Positions 27,601 through 36,302 of a stretch of DNA of 36,302 nt are shown here, one piece after another; position 1 is the stretch's first letter, and each line of letters starts with the position of its first letter. The translations under genes and the position numbers were made by a program. The notes under the pieces were generated by a model. That model was given only the letters and a program-made list of their open reading frames with translations, had not been told where the DNA came from and searched no databases. This DNA comes from Nitrospinota bacterium. Lineage in GTDB: Bacteria > UBA8248. Where the stretch lies: NCBI GenBank assembly GCA_036231405.1, contig JAZAHK010000020.1:1-36302 (forward strand), read 5' to 3'.

Positions 27601-28425
27601 GATCCAAATATTCCGCACAATGAGGGTTCATATAGACCTATAAAAATCATTGCGCCTGAAGGAAGTATCGTGAATGCAAGTTTCCCAGCACCTGTTACAT
27701 TGTGCACAGTATTTCCTGCCCACGAAATTATTCATTGTGTGTGGAAATCAATATACAAAAAATTGCCGGACAAAGTATCGGCGGCATGGGCAAAAACTGC
27801 ATATCCAATTACAGCAGGATACGATGAAAAAAATGAATTTTTTGTAATTTACCATTGGCTCGGAGGACCAGGGACTGGAGCTGTTATGGGAAGAGATGGA
27901 CTAGACCTTATAGGAAATCTTCCTACCCTAGGAGCTTTAACAATCCCAAATTTAGAACATTACGAACAAGATTATCCAGTTCACTTCGTCCGACAAGAAA
28001 TTAGAAAAGATGGTGGTGGACCTGGAAAATGGAGAGGCGGTACCAGTGTAGATTATGAAGTGCATATTAAATCTCCAATCAGTTGTTCTACAAGAGGAGA
28101 ATCTTGCAGAACGATAACATCATTCGGATTGAACAAAGGGAAATCAGGTTCAATTGCTAGAGTACTTTACAAAGAAATTGGAAAGAGTAAGTGGGTCACA
28201 CTTCCTCAATACAAAAATATTGAACTGCCACCAGGGAATCTTAAAATTGAAGGTGCCGGCGGCGGCGGTTTTGGAAATCCTTATCAAAGACACATAAAAA
28301 CAGTCTTAGAAGATGTCAAAAACGGTATTGTTTCTGTAAAAAGTGCGCTCCTGGATTATGGAGTGTCAATCAATTTAAGAAATTTTAAAGTAGATCAATC
28401 TAACACAAGGAAAGCAAGACACTAA
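24619..28425 (+). CDS. Fused hydantoinase A/B (ATP-dependent 5-oxoprolinase/N-methylhydantoinase-like cyclic amidohydrolase)
   Basis: A half: GVDVGGTFTD, HGTT.ATNA, SGPAAG, DMGGTSTD, GPESAGSEPGPACYG.GG. B half: HDFSC, NDPY.GG.HLPD, RAHQVDVGG, GGPGKWRGG, GGGGFGNP. Confidence 0.92.
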   Translation: MMKKFKIGVDVGGTFTDLVIMDANSNLLCLSKSPTTIYNPENGIISCIEKAANYLGVKKEFLLQNCEKFVHGTTAATNALLTKKGAKIGLLTTKGFRDSLSFRRGFRENVWDHRAAYPTVLAPRYLRFPIQERINSDGRKEIDLSENDVLKTTSFLKKEKIESLAICFINSYLNPSHEKKTRNILKKEGLKIPIFLSSEIAPIIGEYERSSTTCVNAYIYPVVTSYLIELEKQLRATCYENPIHLVQSNGGMTDIKQAIKTPISLVLSGPAAGASTGCIYAKSFKKQNGIFFDMGGTSTDVTLIRDGTPGMIDQSTVGGYHVNLPSVEVQTIGTGGGTLIWVDAAKGIRVGPESAGSEPGPACYGKGGNQPTITDANLLLGRINKKGLLNGEIPLSIENARSAFNKHIAKKLRLNLNQSAISAIRLANQFMASSILTICSRHGSDPRDLTLIAGGGAGGISASSVARICGIKKILIPREASAACAVGMVCGPLRYDRKRSFMVRTREISTKEILKQFESLKKETKTLISKTKNQELNFGIDMQYPGQAWELTVSLDTISLKTLSPSKLESLFHKEHLNNYGHNRPNEPVQITGFRITVKEKQDSFPPKHPEIQRRGKISPEQRNVYFEKTDSWGNSKIFKGENITKQTKIKGPVIIEEPSTTILVEPGDILSLNKNGAFQIELVTKKSGERKNRIKKIDPASLAIFQNQLDLISRQMGIIMQRTARSTIFSQAHDFSCFITDPSGQLVSQADGLPIHTGSGGFAVRAVLKKFDKQIYPGDLFLLNDPYIGGGNHLPDWTVIAPVFDQNTLCGFVSNRAHQVDVGGGVIGTYNSDATEIFHEGIRISPIKIREEGNFVGDILKLILSNTRAPEVIKHDFSAMIGSTKIGVSKLKEIIHDKGKRFVLQGFSELLDYSESLMRSELKKIPNGIYKGKETMNTDCFEAKEIPIRLKLTKKGTNITADFSGSSPQIKGYKNSPISNTHSALYTGISSLVDPNIPHNEGSYRPIKIIAPEGSIVNASFPAPVTLCTVFPAHEIIHCVWKSIYKKLPDKVSAAWAKTAYPITAGYDEKNEFFVIYHWLGGPGTGAVMGRDGLDLIGNLPTLGALTIPNLEHYEQDYPVHFVRQEIRKDGGGPGKWRGGTSVDYEVHIKSPISCSTRGESCRTITSFGLNKGKSGSIARVLYKEIGKSKWVTLPQYKNIELPPGNLKIEGAGGGGFGNPYQRHIKTVLEDVKNGIVSVKSALLDYGVSINLRNFKVDQSNTRKARH

Positions 28426-28438
28426 AGACCAACATAAT

Positions 28439-29773
28439 CTAAAGTCTAGGAATCTTGTCATTTTCAATGAGTTCAACGATAGAATCTTCGAAAACCGAGA
28501 TTGTTCTTTCAATATCATCTTCAGTATGTGCAGAAGAAGTAACACCGCCAGTATAAGATAAAAGATCCACTCCTCTACTTCTTAAGGACATTTGGAAGTC
28601 TAACACCTGATTCTGCGGAATACCTTTCAATCCATGAGCATTTAAACTCGTAAGATCATCCTTTTTATGCGAACCTAAATAAATGTGAAAGGTAGAAGAT
28701 TCTCCATAGACAAAACCAGCAATTTCGTGTTTTTTGAAAATCTGAGAAAAATTTTGTCTGAGCTTTCCAGCTAGCAAATCAGCTTTTTGTTGAACTTCAC
28801 CCAACTTAAATATCTCAAGAGCAACTATCCCACTAGCAGTTGACAAAGGATTCGCATTAAAAGTACCTCGATGGAAAACTCCAGCTTGAAGACCTTTAAA
28901 TTCTTTACTTGGGTCAAGCAAATCCATTAATTCAGATTTGCCGGCCACACAACCACCCGGTAAACCTCCAGTTAGGTTCTTGGCAAGAGTTGTTAAATCA
29001 GGAGTGACTCCCTCAAGTGCCTGAACTCCACCAGGACTCCATCTAAACCCCGTAATCACTTCATCAAAAATCAAAACTACATCATTTAAATCACATACTT
29101 TCCTAAGACCTTGAAGAAAAGCATCAGGAATGGGGACAGTCCCCCAAGAAGCACCAGACGGTTCCAAGATAATTGCGGCAATATCTTTATCTTTTGAAAG
29201 GACTTCTTCAACATATTTTAAATCTGCTGGGCAAACCACCGATGAATCGACCACATTCGGAGGCAATCCATGGGTCACTGGTTTATCAAAAGGGAACTTA
29301 ATTCCCACATTCGTATCGTCTCCCCAACCATGAAAATGCCCTTCAAATCGTATTATCTTACTTCGTCCTTTGAAAGCTCTTGCTATTCTTATTGCTAGTA
29401 TATTTGCTTCCGTTCCAGAACCCACAAATCTTACACGTTCGGATGAAGGATACATGTCAGAAATCAGTTCTGCCCATTCTAGTTCTTGTTCTGTTAAAGC
29501 AGAATATAAAGTTCCATCCCCAATTTTAGAATTCACTGCATCCACTATCGCATCATGAGAATGTCCTAATAAAAGTGCTGCACTACCCATCGAATAGTCA
29601 ATATATTCGTTGCCATCAACATCCCATTTTCGAGAACCTTTCGCCTTCGAAATAAAAATTGGAAACGGGAGCGCGTAACGCAGTTCACTTGTTATTCCGC
29701 CAGCAATTAAGGTTTTAGCTTTTTCAGACAAAAACTTAGACTTCTGCCTATGCGAGCTAAAAGAATCCTCCAT
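28439..29773 (-). CDS. Class III PLP aminotransferase (glutamate-1-semialdehyde aminomutase-like)
   Basis: WDVDGNEYIDY, SGTEA, FEGHFHG, LIFDEVITGFR, DLTTLAK, GTFNANP. Confidence 0.88.
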   Translation of the reverse strand: MEDSFSSHRQKSKFLSEKAKTLIAGGITSELRYALPFPIFISKAKGSRKWDVDGNEYIDYSMGSAALLLGHSHDAIVDAVNSKIGDGTLYSALTEQELEWAELISDMYPSSERVRFVGSGTEANILAIRIARAFKGRSKIIRFEGHFHGWGDDTNVGIKFPFDKPVTHGLPPNVVDSSVVCPADLKYVEEVLSKDKDIAAIILEPSGASWGTVPIPDAFLQGLRKVCDLNDVVLIFDEVITGFRWSPGGVQALEGVTPDLTTLAKNLTGGLPGGCVAGKSELMDLLDPSKEFKGLQAGVFHRGTFNANPLSTASGIVALEIFKLGEVQQKADLLAGKLRQNFSQIFKKHEIAGFVYGESSTFHIYLGSHKKDDLTSLNAHGLKGIPQNQVLDFQMSLRSRGVDLLSYTGGVTSSAHTEDDIERTISVFEDSIVELIENDKIPRL

Positions 29774-29867
29774 TTTTTAAACCCTCCGAAAATATTTGAA
29801 TTTCAGACGTAATATTATACTTCGTGAAAGCTTTCATTTAAAAATCTCTTATTAAAAATATATGAAA

Positions 29868-31433
29868 TTACTCTTCTTTTACATTCTTTTTTTTATTCTT
29901 TGGAACGAAGAAAATCATTGGGAAAACTAAAAGAAACATTGCGCCTAAGAAAAAATGAACAGAATTATAAGAAAGAATACCGGAATGTAGAGTTACGAGT
30001 TTTTCAGCCATTTTTATGGACTGCATTTTCAACAATGAAAGAGTATTTTGCTGTTGTAAAAAAATAGAAAAAATTTGTTCTTTAAAACTCCAGAATTCTC
30101 TATTTAACTCACTAACCGAACCAATCAATGCAACTCTATAGAATGCTTCTTCTCTGGCGAGCAAAGTCGTTAACAATGCATAACCAAGATTTCCTCCTAT
30201 ACGCCTGCTAAGATTATATAAAGCAGAAGCCGCAGTCGTATCCTGCGGAGATATAGTACTAAAGGATACTGCTGACAATGTAACAAAAAAGCATGGCATT
30301 CCAAATCCCATAATCATCAGAGGAAATGCCAGATCCCAATAATTTGCATCTAGTGTTAGTTGGGAAAGAAGGAAAAATGTATATGACATAAAACACGCAC
30401 CGCAAAAAATGAGGAAACGAGCACCAATAAAATTAAATAAAAAACCGACAGCAGGAAGCATAATAAAAAGAATTGCTCCACGCGGCAGGAGAACTAACCC
30501 AGCGTCCATCGCTGAATAAGAGAATAAACTCTGCAAGAGTTGAGGCATTAAAAAAGTTGACCCGAAAAGTGCAATACCGAATATGAAAATAATTAGGGAA
30601 CCTACACTTAACGGAAGATTTTTCAAAACTCTAAAGTTTATAATTGGATCCACAGTATTCAATTCCCAGAAAACAAGAACTATAGCGGCCAAAATTGTTA
30701 TAAAAGTCAAAATCATAATTAAATTAGAATTAAACCAATATTCTTCCTGTCCTCTTTCTAATACAAACTGGAGACCAACAAGAGTTATGGACAAAAGACA
30801 AATACCGGCCCAATCAACTTTCTGGATACCACGTTTCAGAAATGGAGGGTCAACTATAAAAATATTGACTAGTAACATCCCAATAAAACAAAAAGGAATA
30901 TTAATTAAAAAAACCCACGGCCAGCCGTATTCCTCTGTTAACCAACCCCCAAAAACTGGGCCGATAGCAGGTGCAAGAACAACACCCATGCCAAATATCC
31001 CCATAGCAATTCCTTGTTGTTTTGAAGAGAAAGTCTCTCTAAGAATTGCCTGAGAAATCGGTATTAGCGGACCCCCACCAATTCCTTGAATTGACCTGTA
31101 TATTATGATTTCAGTAAACGACCCGGCTGTTGCAGAGAGGAGAGAGCCAATTGTAAAAATAAAAAAAGATACCAGATAAAAATTTTTTCTTCCAAGGACA
31201 GTACTCCACCAACCTGTCATTGTAATCATTATTATTTGTGAAATAGAATAACTAGTCGCAATCCAAGTAACGGTGGACAAATCTACCCCAAATGCACCCC
31301 TCATTTGAGGAAGGGAAACATTCACCACACTCACGTCCATTACCGAAATAAATGTTCCAAAAACTGTCGCAATAGTTATCAAAAAACGATTTTTAGAATT
31401 AGAAACGAATTCTTCTCTCTGAATTTCATTCAT
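29868..31433 (-). CDS. emrB: DHA2 family (EmrB/QacA) MFS efflux permease
   Basis: About 14 TM helices; MDVSVVNVSLP, WIATSY, R.IQGIGGG, APAIGPVFGGWL....WPWVFLINIP, ASALYNL.RRIGG. Confidence 0.88.
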   Translation of the reverse strand: MNEIQREEFVSNSKNRFLITIATVFGTFISVMDVSVVNVSLPQMRGAFGVDLSTVTWIATSYSISQIIMITMTGWWSTVLGRKNFYLVSFFIFTIGSLLSATAGSFTEIIIYRSIQGIGGGPLIPISQAILRETFSSKQQGIAMGIFGMGVVLAPAIGPVFGGWLTEEYGWPWVFLINIPFCFIGMLLVNIFIVDPPFLKRGIQKVDWAGICLLSITLVGLQFVLERGQEEYWFNSNLIMILTFITILAAIVLVFWELNTVDPIINFRVLKNLPLSVGSLIIFIFGIALFGSTFLMPQLLQSLFSYSAMDAGLVLLPRGAILFIMLPAVGFLFNFIGARFLIFCGACFMSYTFFLLSQLTLDANYWDLAFPLMIMGFGMPCFFVTLSAVSFSTISPQDTTAASALYNLSRRIGGNLGYALLTTLLAREEAFYRVALIGSVSELNREFWSFKEQIFSIFLQQQNTLSLLKMQSIKMAEKLVTLHSGILSYNSVHFFLGAMFLLVFPMIFFVPKNKKKNVKEE

Positions 31434-31450
31434 ATTCTAGTAATTCCAAA

Positions 31451-32677
31451 TCATTTTTCCTGTTTAAAATTAGACGCAGAAATATGAGACTGAGAGGAAT
31501 CCCTTACTTTTACTCTCACAAAAACAGACATTCCTATTAAAAGAGGCATGTTCTTTAACTCTTGGTTCTCTAAAGTAATTTTAACTGGAACTCTTCTCAT
31601 TACTTTGATCCAGTTTCCCGTTGCATTTTCTGTAGGAAGAAGAGAAAACGAGTCACCAGTGCCGGAGAAAAAACTTTGTATTCTTCCAACAAAAGTCTGA
31701 TTGGGATAAGCATCAGGAATAACATCGACTTTTTGGCCTATTCGAAGATTCTTGACTTGAACTTCCTTGAAATTTGCCTGGACATAAATTTCTTTTAAGG
31801 GAACTATCAACCCTAAACTTCTTTCTGGCTGAACGAAACTACCAACTTCTATGTTTTTCCTGCTAAAGGTTCCTCCTGACGGAGCACGTATTGAGGTATA
31901 AGAGAGAAGCAATCGAGTTCTCTTTAACTTTGCTCTCGCTATTCCTAACTCGCCTTTTAGAGAGAGAGATTCTTCAATCTGTATTTTTGTAGATAGTTTT
32001 TCCTTATCTATCAAAGAAACTGAAGCCTTTAACTCTACCATTTTCTCTTTCAAAGCCTTTATTTTGTTTCTCTCTACATTTCTAGATGCCAGACTTGCCT
32101 TGTAAGTAGCAAGGTCCACTTCGTGTTTACTAACAATTTCTTCTAATATCTCACTAGATATGATTTTATGATGAAATAATTTTCTGTTTTTCAAAAGTAA
32201 GTCTTTTGTTCGCTTGAGATTCAAAAAACTTATTTTCACTTCATTACTTTTTTGCTGATAAAAGGAGTTAGCAGATTTAATTGTCTGTTCTAACATTGCC
32301 AGTCGTGATTTTCGCTCATTCACAAGAGGTTTAAAACGATCCCCTTCGTACTTAACTTTCGTTTTACTAGACTTGTATCTATTTTCAGCAACTAGAACCT
32401 CGGCTTTGGCATGTTCCACTGAAATCATAAAAAGCTTTGGCTCTAATTGGACAAGTAAATCTCCCTTTTTTACTTCCTCGTGCTCAGAAACAAAAACCTT
32501 CTGAACTATACCTTTAACTCGTGAAGTGATGGGTACTGTAGGGGCTTTAATATAGGCATTATCTGTAGTCTCAAAATCTCTATTATTTATCCACCATACA
32601 TAAACACTGCTGCAACTAAGCACCAATAAAAAAAGAACTCCAAAAACTATTGTGAACTTCGAACGTTTCATTTTCAC
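31451..32677 (-). CDS. emrA: HlyD/EmrA family efflux periplasmic adaptor
   Basis: N-terminal anchor, ETTDNAY, long coiled coil, IRAPSGG, ANFKE, FSLLP.ENATGNWIKV.RRVPV. The start may be ATG 32671. Confidence 0.88.
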   Translation of the reverse strand: MKMKRSKFTIVFGVLFLLVLSCSSVYVWWINNRDFETTDNAYIKAPTVPITSRVKGIVQKVFVSEHEEVKKGDLLVQLEPKLFMISVEHAKAEVLVAENRYKSSKTKVKYEGDRFKPLVNERKSRLAMLEQTIKSANSFYQQKSNEVKISFLNLKRTKDLLLKNRKLFHHKIISSEILEEIVSKHEVDLATYKASLASRNVERNKIKALKEKMVELKASVSLIDKEKLSTKIQIEESLSLKGELGIARAKLKRTRLLLSYTSIRAPSGGTFSRKNIEVGSFVQPERSLGLIVPLKEIYVQANFKEVQVKNLRIGQKVDVIPDAYPNQTFVGRIQSFFSGTGDSFSLLPTENATGNWIKVMRRVPVKITLENQELKNMPLLIGMSVFVRVKVRDSSQSHISASNFKQEK

Positions 32678-32723
32678 TTCCTATTACTCATTGCCTGATA
32701 ACATATGAGCAAATCAAATCTGC

Positions 32724-34025
32724 TTACGAGAGAGAAACGATAGCTGTCATAGAAACATCGGCTTCTGCATTCGGTGAGGGAAGCGGTATTTGAAGAGCGG
32801 TAAATGCCGGCCTATTCTTTGAAAAAATCTTTTCAAAAAGAGGTTCCAAAACAATCAGATCATTAATATCCTTCAAAAACAATGTTAAGTGAGCTACCTT
32901 TTCAAAATCCGCATCCAGTAGAGATAATGTTTTTTGCAATTGAGAAAGAATACTACTGGCCTGCGAATACACTTCTCTTTTTTTCCCTTCAATTGGGGTA
33001 ATATTTGACAAAAAGACCAAATCACCTGCCCTAGTACCAAGACTCATATGAGCTCCTAAAGAGTCATTACCTGTAGTAATAATCTCTTTTTTAAAATTAG
33101 ATTCTAAAGAGATAGCAGTGGGTTCAATTTCGATCCTTTCCCCTTTATGACCAACTTCTGCAACTTGCAAGACAGTCAGGGCTGGTGGATCAGACGGAAA
33201 GAATCGCTCATGAATTCGGTGAAATGTTGGAAAATCTCGCATGTCCTGAAGGTACACTGTTAGATTTAGAATTTGGCCAAGAGATGAACCGGAACCTTCT
33301 AGATGTTTCCTAATTAAATCGTAAGTAAACCACGTTTGCACTGCGATCGGGCCGTTTCGACTGTCTTCATGACTTCTTCCTACCTTCAGAATATGTCCTT
33401 CCTCTGGAATATCATCATAGCTATTAATCAATGGAGAACCAGGCTTAGACGTATCAGTTGGAATTTGTCCTGCAATAAAAAGATAGGGTCCAGCACCAAC
33501 AACATGAGAAAAATGTGCAGCAGAACTATGCTCTTTTGAACCAGGAAGTGCAGTTCTTTTTCCTAAAATTTCTTCCGCTTCAGGGTTGAGAGCGATTCCA
33601 TCTATATTAAATCGAACGTATTCATCGGGATCAAAATGACCCATACCCACAGCGGTACTTGGGGTCGGATCGTCAGGCTCATAAAAACGTCTTATAGAAT
33701 CAAAAACAGGGAAAAACCGTTTGTCTCTTTGATATAGATGAAACCGGACCAGACGAGTTAAATCCCCTCCTTCTTTTTTGAGTATGTCAGATACACTTTC
33801 ATACGCAGAGATAGATTGAGAGGCGATTGGCCCTTCAATTGAGTCAACCCAAGGGAAACGGTGATTTGGCGCCGGTCCTACATCCTCTACATCCTCATGC
33901 TTTGTACATAATTTTGAAGTTTTAGGATGCAATCCTAATTGACCACTGAAAAATAAAAAAAATTTAGTTTTTACATATTTTGGCCATTTACTTATACATT
34001 TTTCGAATTGATTATCTAAGACCAT
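32724..34025 (-). CDS. Protein with three tandem RidA/YjgF-like domains
   Basis: Three repeats of LF.SGQ...Q......I..IL...G..L..V....YL.D..DF.......F....PA.T (FLFFSGQ, YLFIAGQ, LVFLSNI). Confidence 0.8.
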   Translation of the reverse strand: MVLDNQFEKCISKWPKYVKTKFFLFFSGQLGLHPKTSKLCTKHEDVEDVGPAPNHRFPWVDSIEGPIASQSISAYESVSDILKKEGGDLTRLVRFHLYQRDKRFFPVFDSIRRFYEPDDPTPSTAVGMGHFDPDEYVRFNIDGIALNPEAEEILGKRTALPGSKEHSSAAHFSHVVGAGPYLFIAGQIPTDTSKPGSPLINSYDDIPEEGHILKVGRSHEDSRNGPIAVQTWFTYDLIRKHLEGSGSSLGQILNLTVYLQDMRDFPTFHRIHERFFPSDPPALTVLQVAEVGHKGERIEIEPTAISLESNFKKEIITTGNDSLGAHMSLGTRAGDLVFLSNITPIEGKKREVYSQASSILSQLQKTLSLLDADFEKVAHLTLFLKDINDLIVLEPLFEKIFSKNRPAFTALQIPLPSPNAEADVSMTAIVSLS

Positions 34026-34059
34026 TTTTTCCTCAAAACTTTTTTTTGAAATACAAAAG

Positions 34060-34956
34060 CTACTTTGTTAGATTTTTCTTGAAAAAAGAAACAACTTTAT
34101 TCAAAGAGCCTTCAAATGCTTTTTTATTAAACTCCTTGGCAAAATCTCCAACAGCTGGGTGATATTTTTCCCGATATCCTCCCAATTCATCAAATTTCCT
34201 GAAAGAGTTTGGATAACCTACCACTTTTAAATATTCATCTCCTTCCTCCTTAAGGAGCAGATCGTAGCTTTCTTTACTTTCTAGTTCGTCAGAAAGCCCG
34301 TACAAGATAAGGACCTTTTCCTTAAACTTCTCGCCTCCCTGCCACATTGGCTTCTCGTACAAATATTTAAAATTTGGGTAAAAGGCTATGGTTGCCTTAA
34401 AACCACCAAATGGGAGAGGAAAACGTTCCTTGTATCGTTGCTTAAATAGCATAACGGAGCCTCCCCACGACCATCCAATTGAACCTATTTTGTTTTTCAA
34501 AACATTTTTTTTCTTAGCTAAAAATTGAAATGCTCCCTTAGCATCCATCATTCTTTGACGCATGGGCACTTGTTGCCAGTCCCTCATTACATCACCACGT
34601 TCTCGATCTGAATCGTCCGTCATCCTGTTGCATAGGATTTTTCTTTTACAGTAATGATCTACAAAAAGAACGACGTATCCAAGCTTAGAGATCGTCTTCG
34701 CCCACCATAGTTGATAAGGGAAAATCCCACCTGCACCGTGGAGTGCAACTACTGCAGGAAATGGTCCTTTCCCGTTAGGGGTATAGAGTAGTCCAGAAAT
34801 TTTTTCTCCATCTTCTTCACTTGGAGTTAGAAAAGTAACCTCTTTAGAGCCCTCAAGGACTTTTTCATAATCATCAGATGTAACAGCATATGAAGAAAAA
34901 GTTGAAAGATGAAAGATAAAAAGAACCAATACAACAATCTTGTTCCTAAAACGCAT
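34060..34956 (-). CDS. Secreted dienelactone hydrolase-like alpha/beta hydrolase
   Basis: Signal peptide (..SYA), GPFPAVVALHGAGG, GWSWGG nucleophile elbow, AFYP, LILYG.SD, YP....F. Confidence 0.8.
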   Translation of the reverse strand: MRFRNKIVVLVLFIFHLSTFSSYAVTSDDYEKVLEGSKEVTFLTPSEEDGEKISGLLYTPNGKGPFPAVVALHGAGGIFPYQLWWAKTISKLGYVVLFVDHYCKRKILCNRMTDDSDRERGDVMRDWQQVPMRQRMMDAKGAFQFLAKKKNVLKNKIGSIGWSWGGSVMLFKQRYKERFPLPFGGFKATIAFYPNFKYLYEKPMWQGGEKFKEKVLILYGLSDELESKESYDLLLKEEGDEYLKVVGYPNSFRKFDELGGYREKYHPAVGDFAKEFNKKAFEGSLNKVVSFFKKNLTK

Positions 34957-35144
34957 AGTAATCCCCTTCCAAAGGATTTGAACTAAAAAATTTGAAGCAA
35001 GTTTAATCTTTCTCTAAAGATTCACGCATTATACTTTGAACAAACAAAGTTACAACTCAATTTCATTAATCATTATTTTTTCTTCATTAAAAATAGTACA
35101 GTTCCTATTAGATTTAAGTGTTTTAAACTAGTCAAAGACTTTAT

Positions 35145-36053
35145 TTGGTCTTGTTAATCGAAAAAATTTTGATTGGAAAGATAGGAACTTTGGACCATTA
35201 TCAAAATATCACTGAGCTTTCTGATGGGAAAATATTTGCTCTGCAAAACACTTTTCCACTCGACGGAAGAATTAGTGCATATCCTTCCAGCACTGTTGGT
35301 TATTCCTCCTCGAACTGTTTCCTTCTTTATGAAAAAAATGGAGCGTTGCTTTTAGATACAGGATACTCTTCCCACGAGAGCTCCATTCTTCAACAACTGT
35401 CCTCTATCTTAGAACCGAATACTCCTCTCTCTATTTTTCCATTAAGAATCAATGAATTTATGTCAGTTGGAAATGCGATGGCAATCGCAAGGGAATTTAA
35501 TGTTGTAGAATGCTATTCACAAGTTCCAGATATGGATTGGTGGTTAGATTTTGAGAGTACGGCAGCAAAAAAAGCCAAGTTTATTCCGACTACGGTTTTG
35601 AAGTTTCCAGCCAAAATTAAGATTGGGAGTAACAAAAGGGTGGTCGATGCTTTTAGTGCACCCATCCAACTTATAGCAACTAGATGGGTATATGATGAAA
35701 CAACGAAAACCCTTTTCACATCAGACACTTTTACTCAATTTTCCCAGGAAAAACCTGAAGGTCCCTGGGTCATGAAAGAAAATAACAAATCTAACAATTA
35801 TGATTTTACGAAATCATTCTTGCTGAATTCTCGTTACTGGTGGCTGGAAGGAGCAAATACTTCTCCCTTGAGAAGAGACATTAATGAAATATTTAAAAAA
35901 TTTGAAGTAGATACAATTGCTCCAGGGTACGGATCGATTATTAACGGAAAGGACCTAGTAAACGACGAATTTTCAACATTAATACAGATTTTAGAAGATT
36001 TAGACCGTAAAAAAACTGACGCGGCATATGTGCATAGAGATATAGAAAGGTGA
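35145..36053 (+). CDS. Degenerate metallo-beta-lactamase fold protein (FprA/ODP-like scaffold)
   Basis: NCFLL..K.GALLLDTG, WVYDETTKTLFTSD, IAPGYG; lacks the HxExDH/HxHxDH motif. Start uncertain (TTG). Confidence 0.7.
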   Translation: MVLLIEKILIGKIGTLDHYQNITELSDGKIFALQNTFPLDGRISAYPSSTVGYSSSNCFLLYEKNGALLLDTGYSSHESSILQQLSSILEPNTPLSIFPLRINEFMSVGNAMAIAREFNVVECYSQVPDMDWWLDFESTAAKKAKFIPTTVLKFPAKIKIGSNKRVVDAFSAPIQLIATRWVYDETTKTLFTSDTFTQFSQEKPEGPWVMKENNKSNNYDFTKSFLLNSRYWWLEGANTSPLRRDINEIFKKFEVDTIAPGYGSIINGKDLVNDEFSTLIQILEDLDRKKTDAAYVHRDIER

Positions 36054-36057
36054 GACC

Positions 36058-36302
36058 ATGATAAAAAATCCTCTTCCTAGAGAAATAGCACGCGGAGTCT
36101 TTTGGCTCGGTCGGTGCAGTGAACAACATTTTCGTGGAAAAGTCTATCACGCCTATAATGCAGCATTCCTCGTGATAGGAACCAAAAGTTCTTTGCTCGT
36201 GGAAACAGGACACCATGGAGATTTTTCGGTAATAAACAAACAAATTAGAGAAATTGATCTACCTAAAAAAAGTAAAATCGAACATCTCTTTATTACCCAC
36301 CA
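36058..36302 (+). CDS. Partial MBL-fold protein, runs off the window end
   Basis: Manual translation MIKNPLPREIARGVFWLGRC...HAYNAAFLVIGTKSSLLVETGH...IEHLFITH. The AAGGTG RBS overlaps the upstream stop codon. Confidence 0.8.
   Translation, partial: MIKNPLPREIARGVFWLGRCSEQHFRGKVYHAYNAAFLVIGTKSSLLVETGHHGDFSVINKQIREIDLPKKSKIEHLFITH

Noticed and set aside
28439-29773. Assignment as hemL
   Set aside because: The fold is GSA-like, but the sequence looks divergent and there is no tetrapyrrole context, so no symbol was given.
1175-36243. Many 60-160 aa alternative-frame ORFs (e.g. 11650-12063, 12987-13349, 30583-31053, 35941-36243)
   Set aside because: They overlap well-supported genes and show no recognisable motifs.
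1-36302. CRISPR arrays, tRNA/rRNA, prophage or defence genes
   Set aside because: No spaced repeats, cloverleaf-like sequences or relevant protein motifs were seen by eye; intergenic gaps are short and AT-rich.

Overview
AT-rich, gene-dense bacterial window, probably from a diderm organism (an EmrAB-type pump is present). It is filled almost entirely with small-molecule catabolic and redox enzymes: LLM and F420-type oxidoreductases, AhpD/CMD proteins, MBL-fold proteins, cupins, Gfo/Idh/MocA and SDR dehydrogenases, an enolase-superfamily enzyme, an amidohydrolase, a sulfatase, a fused hydantoinase/oxoprolinase and a class III aminotransferase. It also carries TauBC-like, TauE and EmrAB transporters. 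I recognised no rRNA, tRNA, CRISPR array, mobile element or transcription regulator gene. Main hidden signals: (1) two annotated ORFs (6549-6830 and 6906-7148, minus strand) read as one AhpD-like peroxidase-related protein across an in-frame UGA in a CxxU-xxx-H motif, followed by a SECIS-like hairpin, so it is a probable selenoprotein inside an F420/LLM-lactonase-CMD operon; (2) a 49-bp near-perfect inverted repeat (21393-21441 / 22049-22097) whose second copy begins a collapsed, internally deleted paralog of the 20694-21437 gene; (3) several enzymes with replaced catalytic residues (M20 peptidase, dienelactone hydrolase-like protein, triple-Rid protein, one of a pair of MBL-fold proteins). 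All family calls are from motif recognition by eye, without database searches.
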